This document shows, piece by piece, positions 11,101-33,647 of a stretch of 64,000 nt of DNA; positions within the stretch are counted from its first letter, which is position 1, and the number at the start of each line of letters is the position of its first letter. Source of the stretch: Amoebidium appalachense (lineage: Eukaryota > Protista > Ichthyosporea); contig CAVNZM010000005.1 of NCBI GenBank assembly GCA_963693365.1, positions 496,001-560,000 of the forward strand, given 5' to 3'. The notes beneath the pieces were generated by a model that was not told the origin of the DNA, did no database searches, and saw only the letters and a program-made list of their open reading frames with translations. Made by a program: the position numbers and the translations under genes.

Positions 11101-12936
11101 GCTGGCGACAACAACATTGACGTCTTGGGGCTGCCCAGTGCCAGCCCTCATGTATGCCTCAAAATCAAAGCATATGAGGCCGGCTGGGGTCAGGGTAGCC
11201 CGCTTTCTTGCTGACAGAGGCTGATAAGGCTTGTGGTTGATGAAGCAGAAGTGTGTGTCGCGATGGTTGAGCTTCATGCATAGCCTGCACAGCTTCCAAT
11301 CGCACACGCCCCACTCTTGGTGGAGCTTCCACAGTTCAGGCGAAGATTTGTCGATAGCTTGTGGGTCCTTATGCATGACCTGGCAGAGAGTCTCCCAGTT
11401 GCTCTTGTAGTCATTCCGCAGCTTCTTCTTGCTGCACAAGCGCACACAGCTGCTGCACCAGAAGAAGTTGGCCGAAAGTTTTGCACAAGTGTCGGCATCG
11501 TGGTTAGCTACACACTCAGCCGGGAGAGGAATGGCACAGCCAGTGCAAGTCATGGGGGTCAGGTCACCGTCAGCCGGAAACACCAGCTGGTGTTGACCGT
11601 TTCTGACACTGCAGCTGTTGCATGGACTGCTGGCGCCACTATCCATGCTTGCTCTGACACACCTATGCTGGTGCCGGTCAACCAAATCCAAGCACCAGTC
11701 GCATGGGGTCAGGTGCTTTGTTGTGGCAAAGGTACGCCCATGGAGAGCTCGCCTCCGCTCCCTGCACAGATGCAGTGCCTTCATATCCTTAATGAGCTGG
11801 ACATGCTGATGCCCCCGGCCCCCTGACCCACTCACTGTGACGCCCTCAATGGCAAGGTAGGCAAAAACAACACGACCGCTGTCTTCTGCATCTGCTTTTA
11901 GCAGCTCGTTGTATGGCTGGGTACCCCGCTGAGGGATGCTGGCAAACACACGACAGTCATCGTCCAAATTTACAAGACGTAAACACAACATACGCTTGCC
12001 TGCCCCGAACTCACTGCTCCACACAGCGCCAGTGTTAATCAGGTACACAGCCTGCTCCATCTCCTCTCCGGTCCATGCACGGCTCTCAATACCAGCAAAC
12101 AGCTGGGGGTTGCTGTTTTTTACTGCTGCACGAACAATGTCGGCACCCTTTTCACGCGCGGACCGTGCCAGCCACCTAGGGTCTCCGTTCAGCTCATGCC
12201 GCCGATATTTGTCCAAAAGGACGGCAGCCGCCAGGTTGGTAGTAAAGCAGTCCTGCTTGCCCTTGCTGCTGTAGTCTGCAATTGCACCATCTTTGCGCAA
12301 GTGTGCAGCATTGCTGTTTGCTTCATTGCTACGTTCCACACTAGAGAGGGGGCAGCCAACACGCATTCCAGCACGCCACTGCTGAAGCACATTGGTGGAC
12401 CCTCCTTGCTGTCTGTCAGCTGCTTGATGCTCGGCAGTGCCAATTATCACCTCTATGTGGCAGCGCGAGAATTCAAAAGCAAATGTTGTGCCATACTGAT
12501 GCTCCATATCACTGTAGTAGTCGCTGAGGCTACGCACCAGGCTGACACTGCGGACATCTGCAAGCGGCACAATGGTCTGCCATACCACCTTGCCATGCAC
12601 AGGGTCGTCCCCAATGAGCGAGTCGCGGCGTATGAGTTGGGTTTTAATTTGAATTCGGTCACCTGGCTGAGGGCATACTAATTTGAAAAGCTGCACTGTG
12701 ACATGCTCGAAAAACTCTTCGAAAGCCTCAGGGTCGACATCTTTTGGGTTATCAGCAGCACCATTGTGTACCACACTTAGAAGGTAGCGTGTAAATCCCA
12801 GGTTTCCCGTAGCCCGTGGTGGCTCTGCATGCTCAAGGCGGACAGCATCAGAGACACGTCCATGCGCAAGGTCGTCAAGGTCAGGCGGCACCCAGCGCAC
12901 GGGTTCGGAATCTAAGTGCATGTGATCTTGAGCCAT
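8197..12936 (-). CDS. Protein-primed family B DNA polymerase with long Cys-rich N-terminus and inserted nuclease-like domain
   Basis: ExoI CFDFEAY, ExoII AHNGAKYDVHFI, ExoIII KYCMVDTLIL, motif A VDYKSHYP, motif B KSIIVNPFGK, motif C YCDTDS, then GPKSYAY and KMKGV. Insert LYVDGYD...VFEFDGCRFHGH...VVSIWGCEW at ~9900-10260. First ATG at 12936 (the ORF track starts at a TTG, 12993). Confidence 0.96.
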   Translation of the reverse strand: MAQDHMHLDSEPVRWVPPDLDDLAHGRVSDAVRLEHAEPPRATGNLGFTRYLLSVVHNGAADNPKDVDPEAFEEFFEHVTVQLFKLVCPQPGDRIQIKTQLIRRDSLIGDDPVHGKVVWQTIVPLADVRSVSLVRSLSDYYSDMEHQYGTTFAFEFSRCHIEVIIGTAEHQAADRQQGGSTNVLQQWRAGMRVGCPLSSVERSNEANSNAAHLRKDGAIADYSSKGKQDCFTTNLAAAVLLDKYRRHELNGDPRWLARSAREKGADIVRAAVKNSNPQLFAGIESRAWTGEEMEQAVYLINTGAVWSSEFGAGKRMLCLRLVNLDDDCRVFASIPQRGTQPYNELLKADAEDSGRVVFAYLAIEGVTVSGSGGRGHQHVQLIKDMKALHLCRERRRALHGRTFATTKHLTPCDWCLDLVDRHQHRCVRASMDSGASSPCNSCSVRNGQHQLVFPADGDLTPMTCTGCAIPLPAECVANHDADTCAKLSANFFWCSSCVRLCSKKKLRNDYKSNWETLCQVMHKDPQAIDKSSPELWKLHQEWGVCDWKLCRLCMKLNHRDTHFCFINHKPYQPLSARKRATLTPAGLICFDFEAYMRAGTGQPQDVNVVVASYTVNPPKPVDEALLAGVEVRTCPGFQSKHSELPPEVYIWAGPQALNRFIAWLFQPAHAGFIAYAHNGAKYDVHFILNALLEQLSPAEIAHAMKSGEGKSSPDSANGDFSFIMDGSSVPYLQYHGVRVQDSVRHMPRPLSQLPQMWGFSGDAGLSKLNYPLLFNTPEHEGYVGPLPDQSYWAPEQMMKSSKEVENFRVWHAEEAAARGPAGWNNREELIKYCMVDTLILREACVCYRKEVEAAYPGIDPLARTTIGSFVYGVLQDRIFPENTIVHEFGSPYKHQWSSMDEMQWLCYVREKICGYDSSNLFDRRFRWQLNGQYRIAAGGRELYVDGYDTRTNTVFEFDGCRFHGHDCETMAVQGLNSRTGKTRQQTESRSGMLRAMGYKVVSIWGCEWQRQKETLQWFCEHDKLLHIAMQKPPRERDAFKGGCTNGYILYHDCKPGEYMYVVDYKSHYPAILLDCPMPAGTFVNYRKIDLVGLWYGTATPPTPAQMFEQLFRADGECTGSSFRVPPGFPREHAYLFNGKLGLVECTMLPPRGLHRPVLSAKIAVGKRQPRDLEEGRIHVTERLVETLCRACAEIGPSAPRTCRHREHERAITHVWTVQEIRYALYKGYEMLDLKYARVYERTSVDIFAPLIKHWYTVKAQGDGVPSHCKTPEQVADYCSRYNQRMGVDPVAQPELALTPEKIMDPAAKNPGRVALAKSIIVNPFGKTGERHDKWGSMTLPDTMHGYKAFKEKWDRYEAKDYDAIDVRFLDVPGWVLVRYKLSEKAASLGQSHITTCPIIAACTTAWGRVKLHISMDKLHPSQPAYCDTDSIYYIYDSSNPLHCHPQKGMLLGDLADELKPGEHISKLRCLGPKSYAYRKVEVSGSEVDSVKMKGVPFNAATRDILDLDAYTRLVLRETPGLTVERAYGIKRTVGGKPVTQPEKKIVRVTFAKRLICKPDDRVMNDDGTVHTITSTPYGF

Positions 12937-13065
12937 GATTTGAATGGTATTAGGGTCAAGAAAAATTTCGTTGCGCGCTTTCAAAAGCTGCAAAATCGGC
13001 TACTTTAATCGGATTGGTTGTCTACCGAATGAAATCGGCTCTGCGATTGGACAAGCCGCAAAAAC

Positions 13066-13180
13066 GCCATCTAAGGCTAAAACGTCTAGCCAAATAAAGC
13101 TATTCCGCATGCCATCAGTGGCCATCACAAAGCTCGAAACGCCCCCGTGGGCGCGCTCCCAACCCTGAGCGTCCGATTGG
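13066..13180 (+). repeat. Subterminal degenerate direct duplicate of the inner part of the right TIR
   Basis: GCCATCTAAGGCTAAAAC(g/t)TCTAGCCAAATAAAGCTATTCCGCATGCCATCA occurs at 13066 and 13193 (127-bp offset), then the copies diverge. Confidence 0.9.
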
Positions 13181-13187
13181 ACCCGGC

Positions 13188-13402
13188 GTCAAGCCATCTA
13201 AGGCTAAAACTTCTAGCCAAATAAAGCTATTCCGCATGCCATCACAAAGCCCAACCCAGCCATCGAACGCCCTCCTGGGCGCTCCCCCTATACCGCTTGA
13301 ACCAGCGCCAATTTGGACGTATCTCGGCCGGGTCGAGCACTGTATGATGCATTATTTTCGAGCTACAAAAAAGACCACGGAAATGGGGGGTACGACATGT
13401 GT
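13188..13402 (-). repeat. Right terminal inverted repeat (215 bp)
   Basis: Reverse complement of 3908-4122. Ends ...TACGACATGTGT, followed by the AGGC TSD. Confidence 0.97.
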
Positions 13403-13628
13403 AGGCTGGGAATCAAGTGGATGACTCGTGAGCCTGCATGATACTTGACCAATAGCACACCGTACTGGCACTGAGTCTGCTCAATCAGACAGTCTGAGCT
13501 CACTTCACCAGCTCACTTCAACTCACTTCAACCTCTCGCAAAACGTTGTATAAACAGTCGCGAGCAACAGAAACGACCTCCACCAGCCTCTGCGTGCAAG
13601 GCACGCCCTTTGACACGCCCTTTGACAG

Positions 13629-26798
<13,170 letters not shown>

Positions 26799-26805
26799 CA
26801 GAGCC

Positions 26806-26934
<129 letters not shown>

Positions 26935-26947
26935 CCCCCCCCCCCTT

Positions 26948-27008
<61 letters not shown>

Positions 27009-27693
27009 TCCATATCTTCTATGCACAACAATGCAGGTATCGAAGTTTTACCAACAGAGCGTATCTATCTTTTTTATAATAATTTAGAATATGAATGATT
27101 TATTCTTAACTGATAATTTAGAACATGTGGTGAATCCCGGTGAACTTGGGGTAGGGTCGGTGAGGTTGTGTTGTCACACGAATGACCATTATGAGTAGAT
27201 ATCTGCTAGATATAACAAACATATCCAGCAGAGATATCTGATAAATCTTTATTGTGTAATCGTAGGTAATCTGCACACTTTATAATAGCAACCTATGCAG
27301 TGTATATAACCAATGAGATAATGACGTATGAAAGTGTTAAATAAAATACGAAAATATGTGTCCCTTATGTTTGCACAAATATCCCCCCCCCTCCCCCCCT
27401 TCCCCTCCGCACCCTCCCCGAGCCCCTTCCCGTGCGCCTAACGAATGCCTTCATTTTGTGTGCAATAACGTATACCCGTACATTTCAAATGATACTTGTG
27501 CGTGAATGCTGTGGGGCATGTTTTGGAACGAGGTTAGTGCAAAGGTAACGTTCCAAATAACCGGCGCTCACGTGATCACGTCTACGTAGGTGCTGGGGTG
27601 TACGTGCGAGTCTAGCAGAATGGGAAAAGAAAGGTGATCTTGTGGTGGTGGTGGTGGTGATGTAGGTTGGGGGGGAGGGTGATCGATATGATG

Positions 27694-27746
<53 letters not shown>

Positions 27747-27780
27747 TCCCCGGGGGGGGGGGGAGAGGGGGGGGGGGGGG

Positions 27781-27931
27781 GGTTTGAATGCGGAACACAG
27801 TACAAAGTACGCATACACGATGAGAAGCATGGTGCAGGACACATGCAAAGGCAAACATTCAAGTATGCAACATCAGCCATGCGCACAGTATGCGTCATAA
27901 GCAGAGCCCATCCTCAGGGAGGGCCCAAGTC
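27781..27931 (-). mobile_element. 5'-truncated copy of the ~245-bp interspersed SINE-like repeat
   Basis: Reverse complement matches 51462-51612. On the minus strand it is followed by a C-run and a long A-run (~27697-27745). Confidence 0.75.
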
Positions 27932-28028
27932 GGGGGGGGGGGGGGGGGGGGGGGGGGGGATATATGAAGGGCCATGGCGAGGAGGAGGAGGGGGTTGATG
28001 ATGACCGGGTAGGTTTTTTTTTTTTTTT

Positions 28029-28075
<47 letters not shown>

Positions 28076-28720
28076 GGATAATGATGGAAGTGTGGAGAGT
28101 GGGGTGGAGAGGGAGGGGGGGGGGGGGGGGGGGGAGGAGGGGATGATGATGACCGGGTTGGGGGCTTGTGCATCAAGTTGGCATATGACATGAAGTTGAG
28201 CTCCCCGGGAAGGGTCCTCCCGCTCTCGAATACACAAAACAACCCAGTAGCCATAAGCCACGCGCATTGGTTTGATTAAGCACAGACTTGCGTTGATATT
28301 TTTACTTTTTACCATTGGTCCGTTTTGAAATTTGAACTTTGTGCTAACACTATCCTAGAACCAGGATAAATAGACAGAGACCCTACAGAGAAGATAATCA
28401 AATTACTAATAGGTGTATGTCAGCTAGAAAAGTTTAGAAACGGTCAGAGTGGTGGTTTGGTGCCACACCCTTAACCTACCGTATGCGGCAAAGATGTTCT
28501 TTGCATTAACACACGGCTGTACACACACAATTGGAGAGCTTCTACCGAATAAATCATTTTAATTTCCAACCAGGAAACCACCACCACCACCACCCAACAC
28601 ACAAACCAACTTTACAAAGACAAGATCTACTGACAACGACTAGTGCATAGCAAAACCATACACCAACCATCCAGAAATCCCCTAAAACACAAAAGAGTCA
28701 TATAAACCCCCAATTTTCAC

Positions 28721-28759
<39 letters not shown>

Positions 28760-28770
28760 CGGCGGGGGGT

Positions 28771-31026
28771 CTATTGCGAGTCTTGGTGCAAGCGAGCAAA
28801 CGACCCATCAAACAGACTCTCCTTGCGCAAACTAACAGCCAGCCCCCTTGGTGTTTCACCCATCCTATTTTCCATATGGAGTAGTTTGTTGAGCGTATCT
28901 ACCCGTTCCTCCCTGCTGCACGCGCGGTTGATATCTTTGTTGTATACATCATCCACTAGTCGCACGGCCACATCCACATCCCCCCCCTTTAAGGCCACAT
29001 GCAGGGGGGTGTTCCCCTCCCCGTCCAGCCCCTTGTCCCGTGTAAACATATCCCTGTAGTGGTCCACCATGGCCGTGCTCCCTTTGATGATTGCAATCCG
29101 CAGGGGGGTTTTACCCGTCTTGTCCTTCTGCGCCAGCATTGCCGGATAGGTATGCAGGGACACGAAGCACGTGTACAGGTGGGCATGGGAGGGCATCTTT
29201 GCAAGCACGTGCAGTGCGTTGGAGGCCCCCTTGTGGTCCAGCCGTGCCGCGGTAGTTGCTAGAAGCATCTGGACCGAGGGGGTGGGGCCTAGACCAATCA
29301 AATAGACCCACCAGGGCATGTCGACATCGGTATGCAGTGCACGTGCGCGCAGGTCGAACCCCGATTGCAGCAACTCTTGCACCAATTTGTCGTCGGCCCT
29401 TTTGCCCTCCACGGCCACCTCTATCGGTATCCTCCCATCCTGCTCCTGCAACAGTAGCTGCAGGCGGTGGTCGTTTGTTCGGCAGCGGTTGAGGATGTTG
29501 CGCACAGCACTGGTCTGCCCATAGCGGCATGCAAGGTGCAGCAAAGGAGACCCGTATGTGCCCGAGTCGTTGCATATGACCGTGTGGATGTCTGAGCTCT
29601 TGCCCTCCTCAAATATCGTCTCGAATCGTCGCCGTGTGGCCTCATTTACAACCTCCACCGTCTGTGCCGGTGTGTTCTTGCTCGCTCCCGTGGATGAACG
29701 TTGTTGTGACCCCCCCTGTGGTGTGGTTTGCATGATAGTGGCTGGGGCAGGTTTCACACCTAACGGGGTAGGGCTGAGGGCGGCGGTTGGGGGGACACGG
29801 TCCGGAACATGGGGACGGCCGGGCTGAAACCCTCTCCCTCCCTGCATCTGGTGGTGCTTTTGGCCCCTCAAAGCACCGGGATCTGGGCCGTAGTGTGGAA
29901 AAGGGGCTGCATGGGCCGGGTAGGCGGGGACATAGGCTGGCCCCGGCCCATACACTGCGAAGGGTGGTGGGATAGCGAAAGGAACCCCGCCAACGTAGGG
30001 GGCTGTTGGGTGCGGACCCACCATGGGTCCTGCCATGTATGGCAAGTAGGCCAGTGTGTTGGCCATGGGTGGTCCCATATATGGGGGTGGATGTGGGTGT
30101 GGGTGTGGATATGACGCGGGCATGAACATAGCCGGGGTGGTGTGTGCTTGTGTTTGTGTGGCTAGCACAGGGGGTTTCTGGTGGGTGGGTTTGATTGGGA
30201 GGGGTTCTATACCCTGTACACAGCGGTACATATCCGTATAGGTGCTGATGGTGAGTCGGGTGGATCGGAGGATGGCGAACTCGTATTTCTCTGCCCGCGC
30301 TATGAGAGCACTATCGTTGCTGCAGAGGATCACCTTGAAGGTTTTGGTGCCCGTTCGCTCCTCCTTGCTCAGCCGTGGAACTAGTGTGAGTGCAAAGTCG
30401 AGAATGAGAGAGTCGTTTGCGGTGTTCTGGCTAAAGGCCTTGCGCTTATCATCACTCACACGGGTGGCTCTCTCGTCAAACCGTCTCTCTTCGAACCATT
30501 CCTTGCCGTAAACGAGGGATGTTGGGTGTGGCTCCACTTGAAACAGCTCTAATGCTGCACCGGCCTGTTCTCGTAACTCCACCCCGCCGCGCTCCACGTG
30601 ATGTTTCAGTTCCATAGCAACTATGGCCGGCAACTGCACACGGATGTTGTTTGTCCGCACCAAATACACAAACAGCCGGCAGTCAACCCGCAGCAGGAAC
30701 GACGTATCGACCACGGCCAAGTATATCGTTTTTGTCTCACTCCCTCCCTCACCTCCCTGTGTCTTCCTCTCAAAGGCCAAGGCCCGCTCGAGGGAGGCAG
30801 CCAAGTCTGCATCTCGCTTATTTGCCTGCAGGCCCTTCTTTGTTTTGTCTTGCAGTGTCTGCGTGGCTGAACGCACTAGGTCCCCCGCCGAGCTGCCACC
30901 CCGCTGCCCCTCTTTCCCCCTCTGCGGTTGCCATGGAAACGCAGCACACACGCGTGCCCGCACACCCTCTCCGGACCTGCTTCCCACCCTTCTATCTTTA
31001 GGCCCTGGGGAAAGCGCGGCGGGCAC
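28771..31026 (-). CDS. PIN-domain (SWT1/SMG6-like) protein with Pro-rich linker and C-terminal ankyrin repeats; true start uncertain
   Basis: PIN motifs YLAVVDTSFLL, LPAIVAMELK, NDSLILDFA, VILCSNDSALIARA. Ankyrin motifs GSPLLHLACRYGQ, GRIPIEVAVEG, GKTPLRIAIIKG, GNTPLHVALKGG, GETPRGLA. The ORF track start is a GTG, and a short 5' intron (~30989-30923) is possible. Confidence 0.85.
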   Translation of the reverse strand: MPAALSPGPKDRRVGSRSGEGVRARVCAAFPWQPQRGKEGQRGGSSAGDLVRSATQTLQDKTKKGLQANKRDADLAASLERALAFERKTQGGEGGSETKTIYLAVVDTSFLLRVDCRLFVYLVRTNNIRVQLPAIVAMELKHHVERGGVELREQAGAALELFQVEPHPTSLVYGKEWFEERRFDERATRVSDDKRKAFSQNTANDSLILDFALTLVPRLSKEERTGTKTFKVILCSNDSALIARAEKYEFAILRSTRLTISTYTDMYRCVQGIEPLPIKPTHQKPPVLATQTQAHTTPAMFMPASYPHPHPHPPPYMGPPMANTLAYLPYMAGPMVGPHPTAPYVGGVPFAIPPPFAVYGPGPAYVPAYPAHAAPFPHYGPDPGALRGQKHHQMQGGRGFQPGRPHVPDRVPPTAALSPTPLGVKPAPATIMQTTPQGGSQQRSSTGASKNTPAQTVEVVNEATRRRFETIFEEGKSSDIHTVICNDSGTYGSPLLHLACRYGQTSAVRNILNRCRTNDHRLQLLLQEQDGRIPIEVAVEGKRADDKLVQELLQSGFDLRARALHTDVDMPWWVYLIGLGPTPSVQMLLATTAARLDHKGASNALHVLAKMPSHAHLYTCFVSLHTYPAMLAQKDKTGKTPLRIAIIKGSTAMVDHYRDMFTRDKGLDGEGNTPLHVALKGGDVDVAVRLVDDVYNKDINRACSREERVDTLNKLLHMENRMGETPRGLAVSLRKESLFDGSFARLHQDSQ

Positions 31027-31255
31027 TCGTGCTGTGCCAACGTTCCAGGCGAGCTCTGAAAGCGCTAAATTGCTCTATTACTGCGCTAGAGTGGTGGGGT
31101 GATGGCAGTAATCTCTGTGCTTGTTGTAGCTAAGTGGGTTTTTCATGTTCGCCAAATTTGAGTGAGTGGCCCGACACTGCCAGATGTCCGGACACACTCC
31201 CGTTGGAAGCAACGACTCGACGATCAGAGATCTAGTGACCAAGACTCAAGAGTCC

Positions 31256-31460
31256 AAAAGACCAATCACAATGCGCCACAATAGCCGAATAAAGGATTAA
31301 ATAAGATGACGAAAAAGCGTAACCAATCAGATGCGTAAATAGAGTTTAATAAACACCGTGCATGGTCACGTCAACTGCATTCAACCCACGCACTGTGGGG
31401 CCACGTGTACCAACGGCACGTGTGCTTGTCACGTGCGTGTGCGTGCGCTACGTAATATTT
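31256..31460. promoter_or_regulatory. Putative promoter of the PIN-ankyrin gene, with CCAAT boxes and a CACGTG cluster
   Basis: ACCAATCA at 31261 and 31322; three CACGTG sites at ~31402, 31418 and 31430, lying 250-400 bp upstream of the ORF. Confidence 0.35.
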
Positions 31461-31634
31461 GGCATTCGTACTAGTCACACTCAACGGGTTTGACGCGTTA
31501 CCAACACTGCTGCCATGCGATGCTGTGTACATGTGCATGCCATGGTGGCTGTGCTGCATCTCGGACCTCGGTGTCCGTGGCAGGTAGCATGCATATGAGT
31601 CAAGCGTATGATGTTCCTTTGGAATGGGCATGGA

Positions 31635-31808
31635 GCACATGTAGGTTGAGTCTATGTACATGTCTATGTACACGTACAGAAAAGTCACTATGGTTGGGTG
31701 ATAACTTCGGAAAAGGCAGCACATGTAGGTTGAGTCTATGTACATGTCTATGTACACGTACAGAAAATTAAAGTCACTATTGTTGGGTGATAACTTCGGA
31801 AAAGGCAC
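31635..31808 (+). repeat. Two-copy ~85-bp tandem duplication
   Basis: GCACATGTAGGTTGAGTCTATGTACATGTCTATGTACACGTACAGAAAA...GGGTGATAACTTCGGAAAAGGCA occurs twice. Confidence 0.9.
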
Positions 31809-32658
31809 TGCTGAACTGGATGGCAAGCCCATATAGTACACATTGCATGACCACCTTGACGTTGAATTCGTGCACATCACGCCGTACCTTGTTTATCATA
31901 GTGTTCAATTGGCAGGTGCAACCATGGTGACTGCTAATAGCACAGTATACGTATAGAGTCTTTGGTGGCATTACAAATGCGGCAGCGCTACTTAGGCTAG
32001 AATCTGATATGTATTTAGAAACGTGCAGGCACCTTCAGTTTGTCAAGTTGTATATACATAGGTCCAATCCGGTTAACTACGGAATTGATAATTTTACTTC
32101 GTCCGAGAAGACTTGTGATAAGAGCTACAGATAAGCGAAACCCAGTGAAAAGACGTGTTCGAGTAAGTCTTGTATGTATGTGCGGCGTACGTGTTGTCTG
32201 AGGGACCTCTCTATTTCAACGACAAGCTTCATGCATGCACGCCATTAGCCGTGCCTCAGAGTATCGAACTCCGATGATGAGAAATGCAATGGTGTGATCC
32301 TACTAAGTTAAATAGCAATTTTTGCACTAATATTAGCATTTACCACTAAACTACTAAAAAAGCAGGAATAGAAAAATATAAAAAAAAGTAGGAATATGGT
32401 TTTAAATAAAACTCGGATGAAAACTGCAATGGCGTGGTTCTATTAATTCAAAAAATAGCAATTTTTGAACTAATATTAGGATTTGGCTCTATCTTCATTC
32501 AACGTTAACGATGACTCGCGAATACATACAGCGCTAAATTATGGATATATGTCAAAGCTCAGCCGCAATGAGAAACGAGGGAATCTAAATTTAAAAATAC
32601 GTCACGTAGGTAGCTAATCTGGGAAGTACCAATATATGTCTCGCCAGCTACGCATCAC

Positions 32659-33612
32659 CTAGGGTCTTGGTATGCCGTTGGCCTCGGCACCCTGTGAGTG
32701 TTTGATCCTGAATGGGTTAACATTCTCAGCAATGAACCCTCGAAGCATGTTGCGCTCTGCCTGCTCCGTGCTGCCCTCCTCATGCTCCTCCCCTGTCATC
32801 ACCACCTGCACCAGGAAACCGTGTTTATTGTCCTGGAAAATCATTTTTGGCCTGTGTGTAGTGCCAGGAAAATCTGGTTGTGCACGTGCTTGGTTGCTGT
32901 TTCTCTTCAACACAAATTGAGTAGAAGGTGTCTCGTTTAGTGCTAGTGTGTGTGTGTGTTCATGTGGTTGAGAAAAGGGGTGTGGCAGTATTGGTGATTG
33001 TATGTTTTTTCCTTCTCTTTTGAATTCATCTTTTGAATTCAATGTTTCTTTTTTTTTTTCTCCATAGTCCTTTCTTCCTTTTTTTCGTGGGGACGGGAGG
33101 GAGGGGGGGGGGGGGGGGGGGCAGGCTGATATGAAAAGCACATATCCCACTGAGAAAGAAGTAATACGGGAGCGCAGGCGCTGGAGCAGTGGTGGCTACT
33201 CGGGGAAGACAAGCGGCGTCGGGCAGGGGGGAGGGAGGGAGTGGGGTGGTGTTAGAATGCCTTATGAGAATGGGGAGATAGCCCAGTATGAAGTTAAAAC
33301 GTTGGGAGATTTCAGTAGTTTATTGGATCACAACTTTGCAAGTGCAATGGGCTGGGATGCAATAGGTTGTGGATGGGCGGGTCAGTGAGAAGGCCATGGG
33401 ATGGTGGTGGATGTTTCCTTCTTGATTGCTTGCTCGGTCTAGGCGGAAGTTTTTGTGTAAGAATGTATGTGAATATGTGTGTGCATCGGTGCATGTGCGT
33501 ACGTGGACGTGCGTGTCTGTGTGTGTGTGTGCGAGCGCGCGAGTGCAGGGGCGTGTATGTGCGTATTCGTGCATGCATCCAACAATTTTTTTTTTTCCCG
33601 GGGGCCGGGGAA

Positions 33613-33647
<35 letters not shown>

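Larger units (their letters stand above)
3908..13402. mobile_element. Polinton/Maverick-like self-synthesising element, 9,495 bp, apparently capsid-less
   Basis: 215-bp TIRs, flanking AGGC duplication (3904-3907 and 13403-13406), pPolB and DDE integrase. Six compact intronless ORFs with none of the microsatellites that fill the flanking host DNA. Confidence 0.95.

Noticed and set aside
4146-12681. Overlapping and antisense ORFs inside the element (e.g. 5645-6499 -, 4619-5218 -, 9136-9720 +)
   Set aside because: Shadow frames of GC-rich real genes, with no motifs for capsid, ATPase or protease.
3908-13402. Casposon, LTR retroelement or giant endogenous viral fragment
   Set aside because: The recombinase is a DDE rve integrase rather than Cas1. 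The repeats are inverted, not direct, and there is no RT. The polymerase is protein-primed type and the unit has discrete TIR/TSD ends.
32272-32485. Degenerate ~65-bp direct repeat with a TGATGA word as a snoRNA pair
   Set aside because: No matching box D or terminal stem; most simply an old local duplication.
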